Positions 1-10,762 are shown, counted from the stretch's first letter. The stretch is DNA of 64,000 nt from an uncultured delta proteobacterium (GCA_963728565.1 CAVSLC010000013.1:352001-416000), one strand, 5' to 3'. Made by a program: numbers and translations. The notes: generated by a model from the sequence alone, not told the origin.

Positions 1-169
1 AGATCGCAAAGATGAGTTCTTGCTTGCGCATATTGGCAGCGCCTTCGATATTGAAGTTTTTTCCAATCAACGCAAGTTCGCTGATTTTCTTTTCTTTTAG
101 CGCCTTCAAATTCAGCCCATTATCTTCCACAACCTCAGACTCAACAGCGCGAGTTCTACCACGGACCAT
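1..169 (-). CDS. rho: Transcription termination factor Rho, 5' part (runs off window start)
   Basis: Manual translation MVRGRTRAVESEVVEDNGLNLKALKEKKISELALIGKNFNIEGAANMRKQELIFAI matches the Rho N-terminal domain (MRKQELIFAI); GAAAGGAG RBS upstream; not in the ORF track because it is truncated. Confidence 0.93.
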   Translation of the reverse strand, partial: MVRGRTRAVESEVVEDNGLNLKALKEKKISELALIGKNFNIEGAANMRKQELIFAI

Positions 170-482
170 AACTATGCCTCTCCTTTCGCTTCCGAAACCA
201 AGAATCGGATGCAATCCCCTCTGCTTACGACATGTTCACGTGCGATCGCTAAAACTGCATCCCAGATATCAATCTGCCGGGACAACATAGCGGTCAACAC
301 GATTACAAATGCGGCCTGTCAATATTGCAGGCTCTCGTGCGCAGCAGAACTTACTTTTCGGATCCAAATTAAATCGGAACGGAGTTCAACGGACGACTGT
401 TATCGTGGGGATCGATTCAGAAACGCTGAATTGGTTAACGTTAGTTCATCCTATTGAAAAGCACTCTGATTGTCAACCCCGT

Positions 483-1505
483 TCATTTGCAAGACACCGT
501 CTCCAATTCTTTTACGACTTCATGTATGTCGTTGTACAGAGCTGCTTTGAACTCGATGCGGCGACCTGTTGTCGGATGAGAAACTTCAAGTCTCTCCGCG
601 TGCAGCGCCTGGCGAGGAAAATCATATAGTAATGAAATGATGTTTCTGTTCCTCAACTCAGCTTTCGGACGTCCTCCGTATACCTTATCGCCAATTACTG
701 GATGACCAAATTCCGCCAAGTGAACGCGGATTTGGTGCGTGCGGCCAGTTTTGGGTCGAAGTCGGCATAGGCTGACCCATCGGATGCTTCTCGCATCGGG
801 TTTTAGTTCAAAGCATTTTTCAACCTTCCACTCGGTCAGGGCTTCGCGTGTTCTTGAATAAGCGAAACGGCAAGACATTTTCTTCCGCTGGGATCGATGG
901 CGGCCGATCGGGTGATCAATGATGCCGCTGTCCCCCTTGAGTTTGCCCCAAACTAGGGCAAGGTATTCCTTATGAACTGTGCGATCTTTGAATTGCTGCG
1001 CCAATAGTTGTAACGACCGATGATTCTTCGCAACGACCATAACCCCAGAAGTATCTTTGTCCAGGCGATGAACAATTCCCGGGCGGCCCTCCGCACCGAT
1101 TTCTTTTAACTCGGGGCAATGATGCAACAGCGCGTTAACCAGAGTTCCAGTGACCCTTCCGGCAGCTGGATGCACCGCCATTCCAGGCGCCTTATTGATG
1201 ACCACAACATCGCGATCTTCATAGATAATGTCGAGAAGGACAGCCTCTGCGCTTAACTTCGTTTCTATTTTAGGAATTCTGCCAAGTTCGACCGAATCAC
1301 TCGGCTTGAGGCGCCTACTCGATCTTGTTGGCGCCCCATTGACCGTAATGACCCCATCCTCGATCAACTTCTGCATCCGCGAGCGAGTCACGCCATAACG
1401 CTGAATTTCTTCAACCAAATGCTGGATAAGGAAGACATCCAGACGCATTCCGGATGCTTTCTCCCCGACCACCACAGCCCGGCCAGGAACAATCGATGAT
1501 TCCAT
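483..1505 (-). CDS. rluD: RluA/RluD family 23S rRNA pseudouridine synthase
   Basis: S4-like N-terminus (RLDVFL), NKAPGMAVHP, GIVHRLDKDTSG and TGRTHQIRVH motifs. Confidence 0.93.
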   Translation of the reverse strand: MESSIVPGRAVVVGEKASGMRLDVFLIQHLVEEIQRYGVTRSRMQKLIEDGVITVNGAPTRSSRRLKPSDSVELGRIPKIETKLSAEAVLLDIIYEDRDVVVINKAPGMAVHPAAGRVTGTLVNALLHHCPELKEIGAEGRPGIVHRLDKDTSGVMVVAKNHRSLQLLAQQFKDRTVHKEYLALVWGKLKGDSGIIDHPIGRHRSQRKKMSCRFAYSRTREALTEWKVEKCFELKPDARSIRWVSLCRLRPKTGRTHQIRVHLAEFGHPVIGDKVYGGRPKAELRNRNIISLLYDFPRQALHAERLEVSHPTTGRRIEFKAALYNDIHEVVKELETVSCK

Positions 1506-1512
1506 ATCGAAG

Positions 1513-2457
1513 CTAATGCTTGTAGCGGAGCTTCAATCGATCGAATACGGCACGAGCCGCTTGGACGTCTTCGTGCATCTGAATCACCAGATCGCCTATT
1601 TCGGCAAACTTCCGCTCTTCTCTAATCCTCTGGACAAAACTCAGCTTTACCGGTTCCCCATAGATATCCTTTGCGAAGTCCAAAATATGAGCCTCTATCG
1701 TGCGCGATCCTTCGCCGAACGTAGGATTGTGACCAACACTGCTGACGCTCAACCAACCCTGATCTTGTAACTCCAGAATGGTTGCATAAATACCGTCTTG
1801 AGGAAGAAGCTCGGTAGTGGCGGCCAGATTAGCTGTCGGAAAGCCCATGGTCCGGCCACGGCGGTGACCACTAACAACTGTGCCGGAAATGAAGTGATAG
1901 CGGCCGAGCATCGGCTGAACTTCATCTACGCGACCTTGTTCGATTAACTGCCTGATTCGCGAACTGCTTATCCGCTTTCCCTCAACGAGGATGGGCTCGA
2001 CGATACCTACGCCAAAACCCAGTTCACTGCCCCAACGAATCAGGTCTTCCGCGTCTCCCTCGCGAGCGTGGCCAAACCTTAAGTCTCTGCCCAACCAGAT
2101 CTTCGACAAATTAAGACGCTCAAGAAGATAGCGTCGCACAAAATCCTCAGCCTGAATACTTGCGAAGCGCCGGTCAAAAGTCTGCACGATAACTGTATCC
2201 ACTCCCACCGATTGCAGCATGTCCATCTTGTCCCGATGGCTTACGATCATCTGCGGCGCCCGTTCGGGCGCAAGCAATTTCAGCGGGTGAGGATCGAAAG
2301 TAAAAACAACCGATTTAGTACGCCATTGTTTCGCTTCCGCTACGGCGTTGGCAACCAGGGCCTGATGACCGAGATGGATGCCGTCAAAATTTCCCATGGT
2401 GACGACCGTCTTCGACTCAGGTCGGCGAAACTCTTCGATGTCGCGAAAAACTTCCAT
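1513..2457 (-). CDS. ribF: Bifunctional riboflavin kinase/FAD synthetase
   Basis: GNFDGIHLGHQ, ISSSRIR, GRTMGFPTAN, IEAHILDF; start moved to MEVFRD to avoid overlap with cpoB. Confidence 0.95.
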   Translation of the reverse strand: MEVFRDIEEFRRPESKTVVTMGNFDGIHLGHQALVANAVAEAKQWRTKSVVFTFDPHPLKLLAPERAPQMIVSHRDKMDMLQSVGVDTVIVQTFDRRFASIQAEDFVRRYLLERLNLSKIWLGRDLRFGHAREGDAEDLIRWGSELGFGVGIVEPILVEGKRISSSRIRQLIEQGRVDEVQPMLGRYHFISGTVVSGHRRGRTMGFPTANLAATTELLPQDGIYATILELQDQGWLSVSSVGHNPTFGEGSRTIEAHILDFAKDIYGEPVKLSFVQRIREERKFAEIGDLVIQMHEDVQAARAVFDRLKLRYKH

Positions 2458-2551
2458 ATCTCTCGACTTCCGGTCTGGCCGAATGGGATGCGGAGGTATC
2501 GATTGCTTCGCGCCAACCGAAAAAAGAGGGCGCATTAACAGGGCGGGCGAA

Positions 2552-3385
2552 CTATGACTCAAGCGATCTTAATTTTTGCTTGGCTTGTGCCGCTTCCGGC
2601 GACTGTGCGTACTTCTCGACGACTTCCTGCAGGATCAATCGAGCATTTACCTTTTCACCCAATTCAGCAAATGCGAAGCCTTGTTTTAGAAGCGCAGCGG
2701 GAACTTTGTCTCCTTGCGGGTATCTGCTGCGCACGGCATCAAACTCAAGAATTGCTTGGTCGAATTCCCGCAGAGCATAGTGACTTTCGCCGATCCAATA
2801 CTGAGCATTGATGGCCAATTTGCTTTTCGGGTGCTTTTGGAGAAACTCCTTGAAGCGACTGATCGCAAGCCGATAATCTTTTTTTTCCAACGCTCGCCAC
2901 GCGATTTCGTAGTCGGTTCTTACCGTCTCGTTTTCTGCAGCCGAGGCTTCCGTTTTTTCCGGAGAACTACCCCCTGCCACCGGCTGCTGCCGAATATTTT
3001 TTTGCAGCTCCCTTAATTCTTCCTCGCGCGCTTTTAACTGTCCTTCCTGTATTTTGAAGGCTTCAGTCAATTTGGCAACCCGCGCTTCCAAATCTTTGAC
3101 CCGCTGATCGCCGTCCCGGCTAGATTGGCCGAGTTGCCGACCCACTTGATAGCGAGTCTCTTCAATTCGTTCCTTGAGCGCGCTAAACTCGCGTTGCAGC
3201 TGCTGCATATTCGCTCTGGTGTCCGCCAGGCTCGATCGCATCGACTCGACCTCGTTATGCATACTCGCATGGTCACTACGAATCCGCCGTTGTTCACGCT
3301 CCAGCAACTCGATTTGCTGCGGTTGGGCGCAAGCAGATGCGCCGACAGAGAATAGAGCCACTAATAACATTCGGTGAATTTGCAT
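2552..3385 (-). CDS. cpoB: Tol-Pal protein CpoB/YbgF (coiled coil plus TPR, lipoprotein-like signal)
   Basis: NAQYWIGE and KVPAALLKQG TPR motifs; directly downstream of pal. Confidence 0.92.
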   Translation of the reverse strand: MQIHRMLLVALFSVGASACAQPQQIELLEREQRRIRSDHASMHNEVESMRSSLADTRANMQQLQREFSALKERIEETRYQVGRQLGQSSRDGDQRVKDLEARVAKLTEAFKIQEGQLKAREEELRELQKNIRQQPVAGGSSPEKTEASAAENETVRTDYEIAWRALEKKDYRLAISRFKEFLQKHPKSKLAINAQYWIGESHYALREFDQAILEFDAVRSRYPQGDKVPAALLKQGFAFAELGEKVNARLILQEVVEKYAQSPEAAQAKQKLRSLES

Positions 3386-3421
3386 CTTGTCTGACCTCGC
3401 CCGGGTGGAGTGGCTCAGCTG

Positions 3422-4027
3422 TTATGACGCCGGTCGGCTCGGAACTACGACGAAACGAGCACGACGATTCTGCCGCCAACAGTTTTCATTTGATTCTGTG
3501 CACACCGGGATCTCCTCCCCATAACTGATCGTCGATATGCGTTCGGGAGAAATGCCTAGGCTAACGAGATAATCTTTGGCGGTTTGCGACCGTTTAGCGC
3601 CGAGCGCCAGGTTGTATTCGCTTGTTCCTCGTTCATCGCAATGCCCTTCCACCTCAATTCGAGCTGACGCATTGCTCTTAAGCCAGTCTGCATTACCTCT
3701 GAGAACATCTCGAGCGTTCCCCCTGAGATCGTAACTGTCGAATTCAAAGAGAACGTCTTTCAATGGGCTTGAAGCCGAAGTGACGGGCGGTTTGCCTGCT
3801 TTTAATTGATCTAAGCTCGACGAGGTAGATGGAACAGTCGATTCCTTGGTAGTGCCAGCTCGTCCCTCGCCGGCGCTCTTGCTGCCTGATCCCGAAGGAG
3901 TCGCAGACGATGATCCTGTAGGACCGACGCTTGCTACATCAGGCTTAGTAGTCGATGGAGCGCACCCCCCGCTCACCAAGACAGAAGCAGCAACGACACC
4001 GTAGCACAGCATTCTAAAGTCGCCCAT
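3422..4027 (-). CDS. pal: Peptidoglycan-associated lipoprotein Pal
   Basis: Lipobox Cys; OmpA-like EGHCDERGTSEYNLALG and NRRA motifs. Confidence 0.96.
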   Translation of the reverse strand: MGDFRMLCYGVVAASVLVSGGCAPSTTKPDVASVGPTGSSSATPSGSGSKSAGEGRAGTTKESTVPSTSSSLDQLKAGKPPVTSASSPLKDVLFEFDSYDLRGNARDVLRGNADWLKSNASARIEVEGHCDERGTSEYNLALGAKRSQTAKDYLVSLGISPERISTISYGEEIPVCTESNENCWRQNRRARFVVVPSRPAS

Positions 4028-4078
4028 CGTAACTCCTTTTTCGGGAACTTGCGTAGAATCAATATGGAATTTAAGAGG

Positions 4079-5388
4079 TTATTCTAACCGAGGAGACCAG
4101 CTTGGCTTTGTATCATCTCCCCCAGAACCTGTCAATCTACGTTGATTTTCACCAGTGGCTTGCATCACGTATAGATGGTAACGCCCGGCTCGGTTCGAGG
4201 AAAATACAATAAAGCGGCCATCCGGTGACCATGCCGGATCTTCGTTGTCGAATCCATTATTGGTAAGTCGGGTCGGTTCCCCGCCATCCACAGCGATGCT
4301 GAAAACTGAAAACCGACCGCCGACCCTGCTTATGTAGGCAATTTTATCGCCAGTGGGGGACCAGTCGGGTGAGGTGTTATAACTCCCGCTGTAGGTCAGG
4401 CGTCGGGATTTGCCGCTGGCGACATCCAGAATATAGAGTTGGGGCGACCCGCTTCGGTCAGAAACGAACACCAGTTGCCGACCGTCCGGCGACCATGAAG
4501 GCGAAACATCGATGGCCGTATCATCGGTGAGCCGGCGCACAATATCGCCACTCCGTTCGAGCAGGTAAATGTCGGTATTCCCCCCCGTTCGAGTGAAACC
4601 GCGACATTTTGCCCATCGGGCGACCATTTGCCGCCGAGATTCAATCCCGTGCGGCTGGAAAACTTTAGGTCTTTGCCGCTGAATAACTCGAATAGATAAA
4701 GACTCGGATTTCTTTCCTTATAGGAGGTATAGAGGATAGATTTTCCGTCCGGTGTCCACGACGGCGACAAATTGATAGTCCGATTATTTGTTACCTGATA
4801 CTTCTCGCTGCCATCGAGATGGGCAACGTGAATCTCCTTGAAACGACCACCCCCAGTCGATGTATAGGCGATCCGTGTATTGAAGATGCCCGGCACCCCA
4901 GTGAATTGTTTGATAATTTCGTCGGCAAATTTGTGCGCGATGCGGCGAAAGTCCCGTGCACGCCCTGTGTACCTTTTACCGATCGTTTCTCTTCCTTGAG
5001 TGACGTCGAAGAGCCGAAGCTCCACCGTGACTTCATCGCCCTGAACAGAAAACCTGCCTTTTACCAGGCCCACCGCACCGATGGTCGACCAGTCTTTGAA
5101 ATCAAACGTCCCCAGGGTATCGCCACTGCGTTGCGGATGCTCGATGTAAGTTGCTCGGTCCAAAACTCGAAACCAACCGGAGAGATCAAGGTCATAAACA
5201 ATAGCATCCGCCACACCTTCCGATATGCGCCCTGGATCAGCACCATTCCCAGTATTCTTGAGCGGCGAAATGGCTATCGGATATTTCGGCATTCCGGGGC
5301 CGATAACGTCAAGACGCACTTGCGCATAGCTCGCCGAGGCCTGCATGAGCAGATAGAAAATAATCGCTGAAGTAGTTTTTTGCTTCAC
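4079..5388 (-). CDS. tolB: TolB beta-propeller protein, split by a frameshift near 4580-4590 (C7 homopolymer)
   Basis: ORF 4396..5388 carries TolB_N and the first PD40 repeats; ORF 4079..4627 carries the remaining SPSWSPDG repeats; probable sequencing indel. Confidence 0.92.
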
Positions 5389-5401
5389 ATCGTTCCTCGA
5401 A

Positions 5402-6436
5402 CTACGGCTGAAAATTCATCTCTACCTGAGCGAAGTCCTTCCGGTACGACTCAGGTGGCGGAGGCAGGGGACTGGATTTCCTCAACGCGCGCAAGATCGA
5501 CTCGTCAAAGGCAGCGTCTCCAGATGGTTCAGCGATTTTCAACCCGGTGATTTCCCCATTATCCTTAATGCTGAATCGGGCCAAGGCCTTTAAACTCCCC
5601 TTCTGGCCCGGCCACGCCCAGTTTTCCTTGATCGTGTTAACGATCTTAGCTTGGTACATGAAAAATTCAGCACCTCTAACCGCCGTGCCGCCGCCCCGGC
5701 CGCCTTGACCAAGTGCCGCCGCTCCGTCACCTTCTCCGGGACCCACACTGAGGATCTCTCCGCCTTTAGAGCTGGCGGCTTTTTGTGTGCTTTCAGCGCG
5801 GCTTTTCACCCGATCGAGCGCGGACTGAATGAGTCTTTCGCGCACCTTGTCCATAGCGCCTTCGTCTGGCGCCGCAGCGCTCTTAATCTCCTTAGACTCT
5901 TTAGCCGGCTCCTGTTTAGGTTCTTCCTTGTTACTTTCTTTTTTAGTTTCTTCCTTTTTTACGGGCGTATTCTTTACAACTAACTTGTCCTCGACTGGAG
6001 TTTTTTTCTCAGTCGATTTGACGGTTTTCTCGGGCTTTTCCAGCTTTTCACTTTTATCCGGCTTGGGGATTTCGGCTTTTGCGGGCTTCTCAGATTTCTC
6101 TTGCAGTTTCGGTTTTGCCTGTTTGATTTCCGGAGCTGGGGCCGCGGGCTCGGAATTAACCCTTTTGGGCGGATCTTTGGGGCCCGTGGCAGGATAAAGC
6201 TCATTGCCGGGTCGATTACCGCCGATTTTTTCTCCTCCGACTAAGTCTACGGTATAGATGGGTGGCGCCGGACGCGTGACAGATGGAAAATAAGGCGAGA
6301 AGATCAACGCTATCAGGACTGCGCCGTGCAAAATAAACGAGAAAAGTAACCAATTCGACAGCCGATCGTCTTTCCCCGCCGATGCAGGCGACTTTTCTCT
6401 TGGCGCAATGGTTTTGCTGTTGGACTCACCTGCCAT
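5402..6436 (-). CDS. tolA: TolA-like protein (TM anchor, K/E/P-rich linker, TonB_C-like domain)
   Basis: N-terminal SFILH TM helix, low-complexity linker, SGDAAFDESILRAL..P.PPPP C-terminus; position in tol-pal operon. Confidence 0.88.
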   Translation of the reverse strand: MAGESNSKTIAPREKSPASAGKDDRLSNWLLFSFILHGAVLIALIFSPYFPSVTRPAPPIYTVDLVGGEKIGGNRPGNELYPATGPKDPPKRVNSEPAAPAPEIKQAKPKLQEKSEKPAKAEIPKPDKSEKLEKPEKTVKSTEKKTPVEDKLVVKNTPVKKEETKKESNKEEPKQEPAKESKEIKSAAAPDEGAMDKVRERLIQSALDRVKSRAESTQKAASSKGGEILSVGPGEGDGAAALGQGGRGGGTAVRGAEFFMYQAKIVNTIKENWAWPGQKGSLKALARFSIKDNGEITGLKIAEPSGDAAFDESILRALRKSSPLPPPPESYRKDFAQVEMNFQP

Positions 6437-6437
6437 G

Positions 6438-6860
6438 CTATCCGTCTTCTAACGTCGGACGAGTCACCATCCCCACTCTGTCGATACCGGCTTGCTTCAA
6501 TTCTGCTATTGTTTGCATTACCAAACCGTAACGAACATCTTGATCCGCTCTGACGTAAACCTGCTTATCAGCTAGATTTGTCCGAATAGCGCGCATCTTC
6601 GCGCCCAACTCATCCAAACTCATAACGTTATCATTTAAATAGATCTTGCCATTCTTAGCAATGCTGACAACTAGCAGCTCGTCGGTACCAGGAATAGCGG
6701 CCGCTTTCGCTTGCGGCAAATTGACTTGTACTCCTTGTTGGATGATTGGGGCAGTCACCATGAAAATAACCAGCAGCACCAACATAACGTCAACAAGCGG
6801 AGTAACATTAATCTGCGAAATCGTCGTGCTGTCACGCGATGAAGCGGTGTCCATTGCCAT
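6438..6860 (-). CDS. tolR: TolR/ExbD
   Basis: INVTPLVDVMLVLLVIFMVTAP motif. Confidence 0.94.
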   Translation of the reverse strand: MAMDTASSRDSTTISQINVTPLVDVMLVLLVIFMVTAPIIQQGVQVNLPQAKAAAIPGTDELLVVSIAKNGKIYLNDNVMSLDELGAKMRAIRTNLADKQVYVRADQDVRYGLVMQTIAELKQAGIDRVGMVTRPTLEDG

Positions 6861-6875
6861 GCGAACCTCTTTTAC

Positions 6876-7616
6876 TTATTTAAAAAAGTGGCGCTCAGCT
6901 ATATTGAGAAATTCGTGAGAAAAATTGTCCATCTCAACAGCCAGCACCTTGATCTGTTGGACGAAGTAGTTGTAGGCCATGAGCGCCGGAATTGCGGCAG
7001 CCAGACCTACAGCAGTGGCGATCAATGCTTCGGCAATTCCTGGCGCCACCGCTTGAATGCTCGATGAATGTGTCGTACTAAGGCCCATGAACGCGTTCAT
7101 AATGCCCCACACCGTGCCAAAAAGTCCTATGAATGGCGCCGCGCTAGCGGTAGTGGCAAGAAAGGTGCAATATTTTTCCAGTTTCGTTATTTCGACACTG
7201 GTCGCCCGTTTCATAGCCCTGGAAACATTATCGACGCCGCCCAATTCAGTCGTCAAGTTATCGCCGACAGGGGAATCCTTCTTTGAGCGAGATACCCGGA
7301 CGAGCTCTTCATAACCCGAGCGAAAAACCTGGCCTACCGGACTAGATTTCAACTCCCGGCTGGCATCGTGTATCGAGGACAAGTTGCGTCTTTCCCAGAA
7401 GATTTCGATGAATTTCTGCGACTCTTTTTTAGCCCTGCGCATCTGGCGGAACTTGTACGCGATAATACCCCACCCAACAACCGAAAATAGAACCAGCAAG
7501 TAGAGAATCGCTTGAACAACGATACCTGATCCCCGAACGAGATCGAGAATCCCATGCGGTTGGGGAACGAACGAGCCATTTTGGGCCACAAGGTGGAGCG
7601 ACCAGAAAGAAAACAT
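6876..7616 (-). CDS. tolQ: TolQ (MotA/TolQ/ExbB family)
   Basis: APFIGLFGTVWGIM and VAPGIAEALIATA motifs; start at 7616 preferred over 7670. Confidence 0.94.
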   Translation of the reverse strand: MFSFWSLHLVAQNGSFVPQPHGILDLVRGSGIVVQAILYLLVLFSVVGWGIIAYKFRQMRRAKKESQKFIEIFWERRNLSSIHDASRELKSSPVGQVFRSGYEELVRVSRSKKDSPVGDNLTTELGGVDNVSRAMKRATSVEITKLEKYCTFLATTASAAPFIGLFGTVWGIMNAFMGLSTTHSSSIQAVAPGIAEALIATAVGLAAAIPALMAYNYFVQQIKVLAVEMDNFSHEFLNIAERHFFK

Positions 7617-7720
7617 GATGGATTTTGAAATGTTAATTGAAAAAATATTATAACCTCTGTTATTAGTCAATTAGTAAATGCGCATTTCTCAACATTAATC
7701 GTTCAATTTGGGATGCACGT

Positions 7721-8899
7721 ATGATTTGCCGCATAGATCAAATCGACACCGCCGGAAAGACAGTATTCTTACGAGTGGACTTCAACGTACCTCTCGACAA
7801 AGGCAAAATCACCGAACCGCATCGCATTGAAAGCGCTGTGCCGACCATCCGACTGATTCTAGACAAGTCAAAGAAAGTAATCATCGCTTCCCATCTGGGC
7901 CGTCCAGGCGGTAGGAAGGATCCGAAATTCAGCCTAGCACCCGTACGTGAGTATCTGGAAAAGTCTCTGAGCCAAACAGTAATCTTGGCGCCCGATTGCG
8001 TTGGCTCAGAAACTGAGGCACTCGCCCGTGATCCACACCCGCGAATTGTTCTGCTTGAAAACTTGCGCTTTCATCCCGAAGAGGAAAAGAACGATGCCAT
8101 TTTCTCCCGTGCTCTTGCCTCGCTGGCCGATGTCTATGTCAATGATGCTTTCGGCGCGGCGCATCGCGCCCATGCTTCCACGGCAGGTATGGCGGCGTTT
8201 TTCGAAATCAAAGCTGCCGGCCTTTTGCTACAACGAGAGCTCGACTATCTCTCGCGCGTACTGACGGGCCCAGAAAAGCCTTTCATCGCTATCCTGGGCG
8301 GAGCAAAAGTTTCAGATAAGATCGGCGTCATCAAAAATCTATTACCTAAACTCGACGCGTTGCTTGTCGGCGGGGGAATGGCCTACACGTTTCTGAAAGC
8401 TAACGGAATTAATATCGGGCGCTCGCTGATCGAACAAGATAAGATTTCTGTTGCAAAAGAGCTGATGACAGACGCGGTCGAACATGGAGTCAGAGTACTC
8501 CTGCCGACGGATCATTTGACTGGAGATGAGAACAAAGAGAATTCTTCCACCACCGATGTTAACATCCCAGAAGGACGGATTGGATTGGATATTGGACCAC
8601 GAACAACAGATCGCTTCATCGAGGAAATCGGCAGATCCAAAACGGTGCTTTGGAATGGTCCTGTCGGACTATTTGAAGTAGAGCCCTTCGATCAAGGAAG
8701 TAAAGCGTTGGCCCAAGCACTCGCCGATCATCGGTCCGACATCGTCAGTATTGTTGCCGGCGGCGATACGGTTGCCGCAGTTACAGCCGCGGGGGTCGCT
8801 CATCACATTACTCACCTCTCGACTGGAGGCGGGGCGACTTTGGAGTTTTTAGAAGGGCGTGAGCTTCCCGGCATCAAGGCACTTGAGCAAACCGCATGA
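7721..8899 (+). CDS. pgk: Phosphoglycerate kinase
   Basis: [35 protein letters not shown] motifs. Confidence 0.98.
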   Translation: MICRIDQIDTAGKTVFLRVDFNVPLDKGKITEPHRIESAVPTIRLILDKSKKVIIASHLGRPGGRKDPKFSLAPVREYLEKSLSQTVILAPDCVGSETEALARDPHPRIVLLENLRFHPEEEKNDAIFSRALASLADVYVNDAFGAAHRAHASTAGMAAFFEIKAAGLLLQRELDYLSRVLTGPEKPFIAILGGAKVSDKIGVIKNLLPKLDALLVGGGMAYTFLKANGINIGRSLIEQDKISVAKELMTDAVEHGVRVLLPTDHLTGDENKENSSTTDVNIPEGRIGLDIGPRTTDRFIEEIGRSKTVLWNGPVGLFEVEPFDQGSKALAQALADHRSDIVSIVAGGDTVAAVTAAGVAHHITHLSTGGGATLEFLEGRELPGIKALEQTA

Positions 8900-9648
8900 A
8901 CCCGTTGGTTGTCGGCAATTGGAAGATGAATGGGACCTTGTCACAGGCGTCGAACCTCGCCGCCGCTATCGTGCAAGGTACCAGTCAAAAAACTCCGAAG
9001 GCTGCCTTGGTGTTGGCTCCGCCCGCAACAGCGTTGGCCACCGTACAAGAAAGGATCGCTAGCTCGCAAATCTCGCTGGCCGCCCAGAACTGCCATTGGG
9101 AAGACACCGGCGCGTTCACCGGCGAGATCAGCCCGGCTATGCTAGCGGATTTGGGTTGCACATACGTGATCGTAGGTCACTCGGAGCGCCGCCATATCTT
9201 CAACGAGAGCGATGAAATAACCGCCAAGAAATTAGCAGCTGCCATCAGAAACAATCTTCGCCCAATCCTTTGTGTCGGTGAAACTCTCGATCAACGCAAC
9301 GCCGGTAGGACTATGGAGGTTATCTTGCGGCAGATCCAACTTGCGTTGAAGGAGTCAAACGAAAATGTTATAGCAAAGCTCGACATTGCTTATGAGCCAG
9401 TCTGGGCTATCGGAACCGGTCACAACGCAGATCCCAGCCAAATCGCTGAAGTCCATGGGGCAATTCGCAGTCACCTGACGAACTCGTTCGGCGAAGCTAG
9501 CGTTCGGATCTTATACGGCGGCAGCGTAAACGCGGAAAACGCCAAGGCCCTCGGTAGAATTTCAGAAGTGAACGGACTTCTTGTGGGAGGAGCAAGCTTA
9601 AAGCCGGAAAGCTTTCTCGGAGTAGTTCGTTGCTTCGATGACGAGTAA
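8896..9648 (+). CDS. tpiA: Triosephosphate isomerase
   Basis: GNWKMN, GHSERR, AYEPVWAIGTG, YGGSV, LVGGASL motifs. Confidence 0.98.
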   Translation: MNPLVVGNWKMNGTLSQASNLAAAIVQGTSQKTPKAALVLAPPATALATVQERIASSQISLAAQNCHWEDTGAFTGEISPAMLADLGCTYVIVGHSERRHIFNESDEITAKKLAAAIRNNLRPILCVGETLDQRNAGRTMEVILRQIQLALKESNENVIAKLDIAYEPVWAIGTGHNADPSQIAEVHGAIRSHLTNSFGEASVRILYGGSVNAENAKALGRISEVNGLLVGGASLKPESFLGVVRCFDDE

Positions 9649-9653
9649 AACTT

Positions 9654-10034
9654 ATGGTTATCGCAGTTACCATCGTACACATTATTGTTTGTATCGGATT
9701 GATATTGGTTGTCTTGCTGCAAACCGGCAAAGGAGCTGAAATCGGTGCTGTATTCGGGGGCGGTTCTAGCTCGACGATTTTTGGCAGCAGCGGTGCAGGA
9801 AACTTTTTAACCAAGCTTACAACGGCGATGGCGATCGTCTTTATGATGACGTCTCTGACCCTGGGATACTTCGCCGGGCAGCGACCCTCGGCAACGATTT
9901 TTGATAGTCGCAGCCCAGCGTCGCAGCCCGGCGCTCCTGTGGTGCCGGCTAAAGAAGAAACTGGCTTGACAAAATCCGCTGATAAACCCACAGCACCCTC
10001 AGAACAGCAACCCGAGGGAGCCACGAATCGATAA
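9654..10034 (+). CDS. secG: Preprotein translocase subunit SecG
   Basis: VLLQTGKGA..G..FGGG..FGSSGAGNFLTKLT; conserved tpiA-secG-tRNA-Leu synteny. Confidence 0.96.
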   Translation: MVIAVTIVHIIVCIGLILVVLLQTGKGAEIGAVFGGGSSSTIFGSSGAGNFLTKLTTAMAIVFMMTSLTLGYFAGQRPSATIFDSRSPASQPGAPVVPAKEETGLTKSADKPTAPSEQQPEGATNR

Positions 10035-10045
10035 TATCAACATTT

Positions 10046-10132
10046 GCGAGGATGGCGGAATCGGCAGACGCGCTAGTTTGAGGGGCTAGTGCCCGAAAGG
10101 GCGTAGGGGTTCAACTCCCCTTCCTCGCACCA
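10046..10132 (+). tRNA. tRNA-Leu (anticodon GAG)
   Basis: GCGAGGA acceptor pairs with TCCTCGC-ACCA; anticodon arm CTAGT-TTGAGGG-GCTAG; long variable arm; GGTTCAACTCC T-arm. Confidence 0.96.
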
Positions 10133-10392
10133 TTCCCGGTCCGTTTCGGCAGCTTTTTCATTCTGATCCTTCTGTCTGAATAAGTCGTCAAAATCTGCTT
10201 CTTTCTCCTCGATGGATTCGGCGGTTTAGTTGGTTCCGAATTCCAGCTGATTGAGCCCCTTGCCGTTTAGCTGCCATTTTTGTCGCCCTGAGTTCGATGC
10301 TGTCGATTTTTTGACCAGCGACAAATTTGTTTCTGCGCTGCGGCAACTCAGTTTCGCTCATGAATATAGATGCTTACGTCGCCGCAGCATGA

Positions 10393-10408
10393 TGGCATAA
10401 GCCTTGCT
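10393..10408 (+). promoter_or_regulatory. Sigma54 (-24/-12) promoter, with candidate enhancer TGTC-N8-GACC at 10301-10316
   Basis: TGGCATAAGCCTTGCT matches the TGGCAC-N5-TTGC consensus, about 25 nt before the ATG at 10434. Confidence 0.75.
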
Positions 10409-10433
10409 CGATTGCGATCATTCGGGAGCATCT

Positions 10434-10643
10434 ATGATTATGAAACCAGCCGACACCGCGATTAAGTTACTGACTCTAGCTGAGGCGGCGACTATTCTCA
10501 AAATTTCTAAACGAACGCTGCATCGCATGATTCAGCACCGCCAGATCCCCGCCTTCAAAGTTGGCGGACAGTGGCGAATTCTTGAGAGTCGGTTCCAGGA
10601 ATGGGTGCAAGAAGAAGAGAACCTTGCGCCCAAAGCGAGTTAA
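10434..10643 (+). CDS. Excisionase-like helix-turn-helix (HTH_17) DNA-binding protein
   Basis: LLTLAEAATILKISKRTLHRMI...IPAFKVGGQWRI signature. Confidence 0.88.
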   Translation: MIMKPADTAIKLLTLAEAATILKISKRTLHRMIQHRQIPAFKVGGQWRILESRFQEWVQEEENLAPKAS

Positions 10644-10762
10644 CCCGCGAGCAGAGCAAAACCCCTCCTTGCCATAAAACCGTTCCCGAAAAACACCCCG
10701 CAATCCTTCATCCGATTGCAGACTCCGCGAGCCCGGAACCACTGCTTGTGTCTCTTCAGTCG

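Noticed and set aside
170-480. Structured ncRNA in the rho leader
   Set aside because: A long leader fits known Rho autoregulation; no recognisable RNA family motif seen
4570-4600. Programmed frameshift or phase variation in tolB
   Set aside because: One of many indels across unrelated genes; a sequencing artefact is more parsimonious
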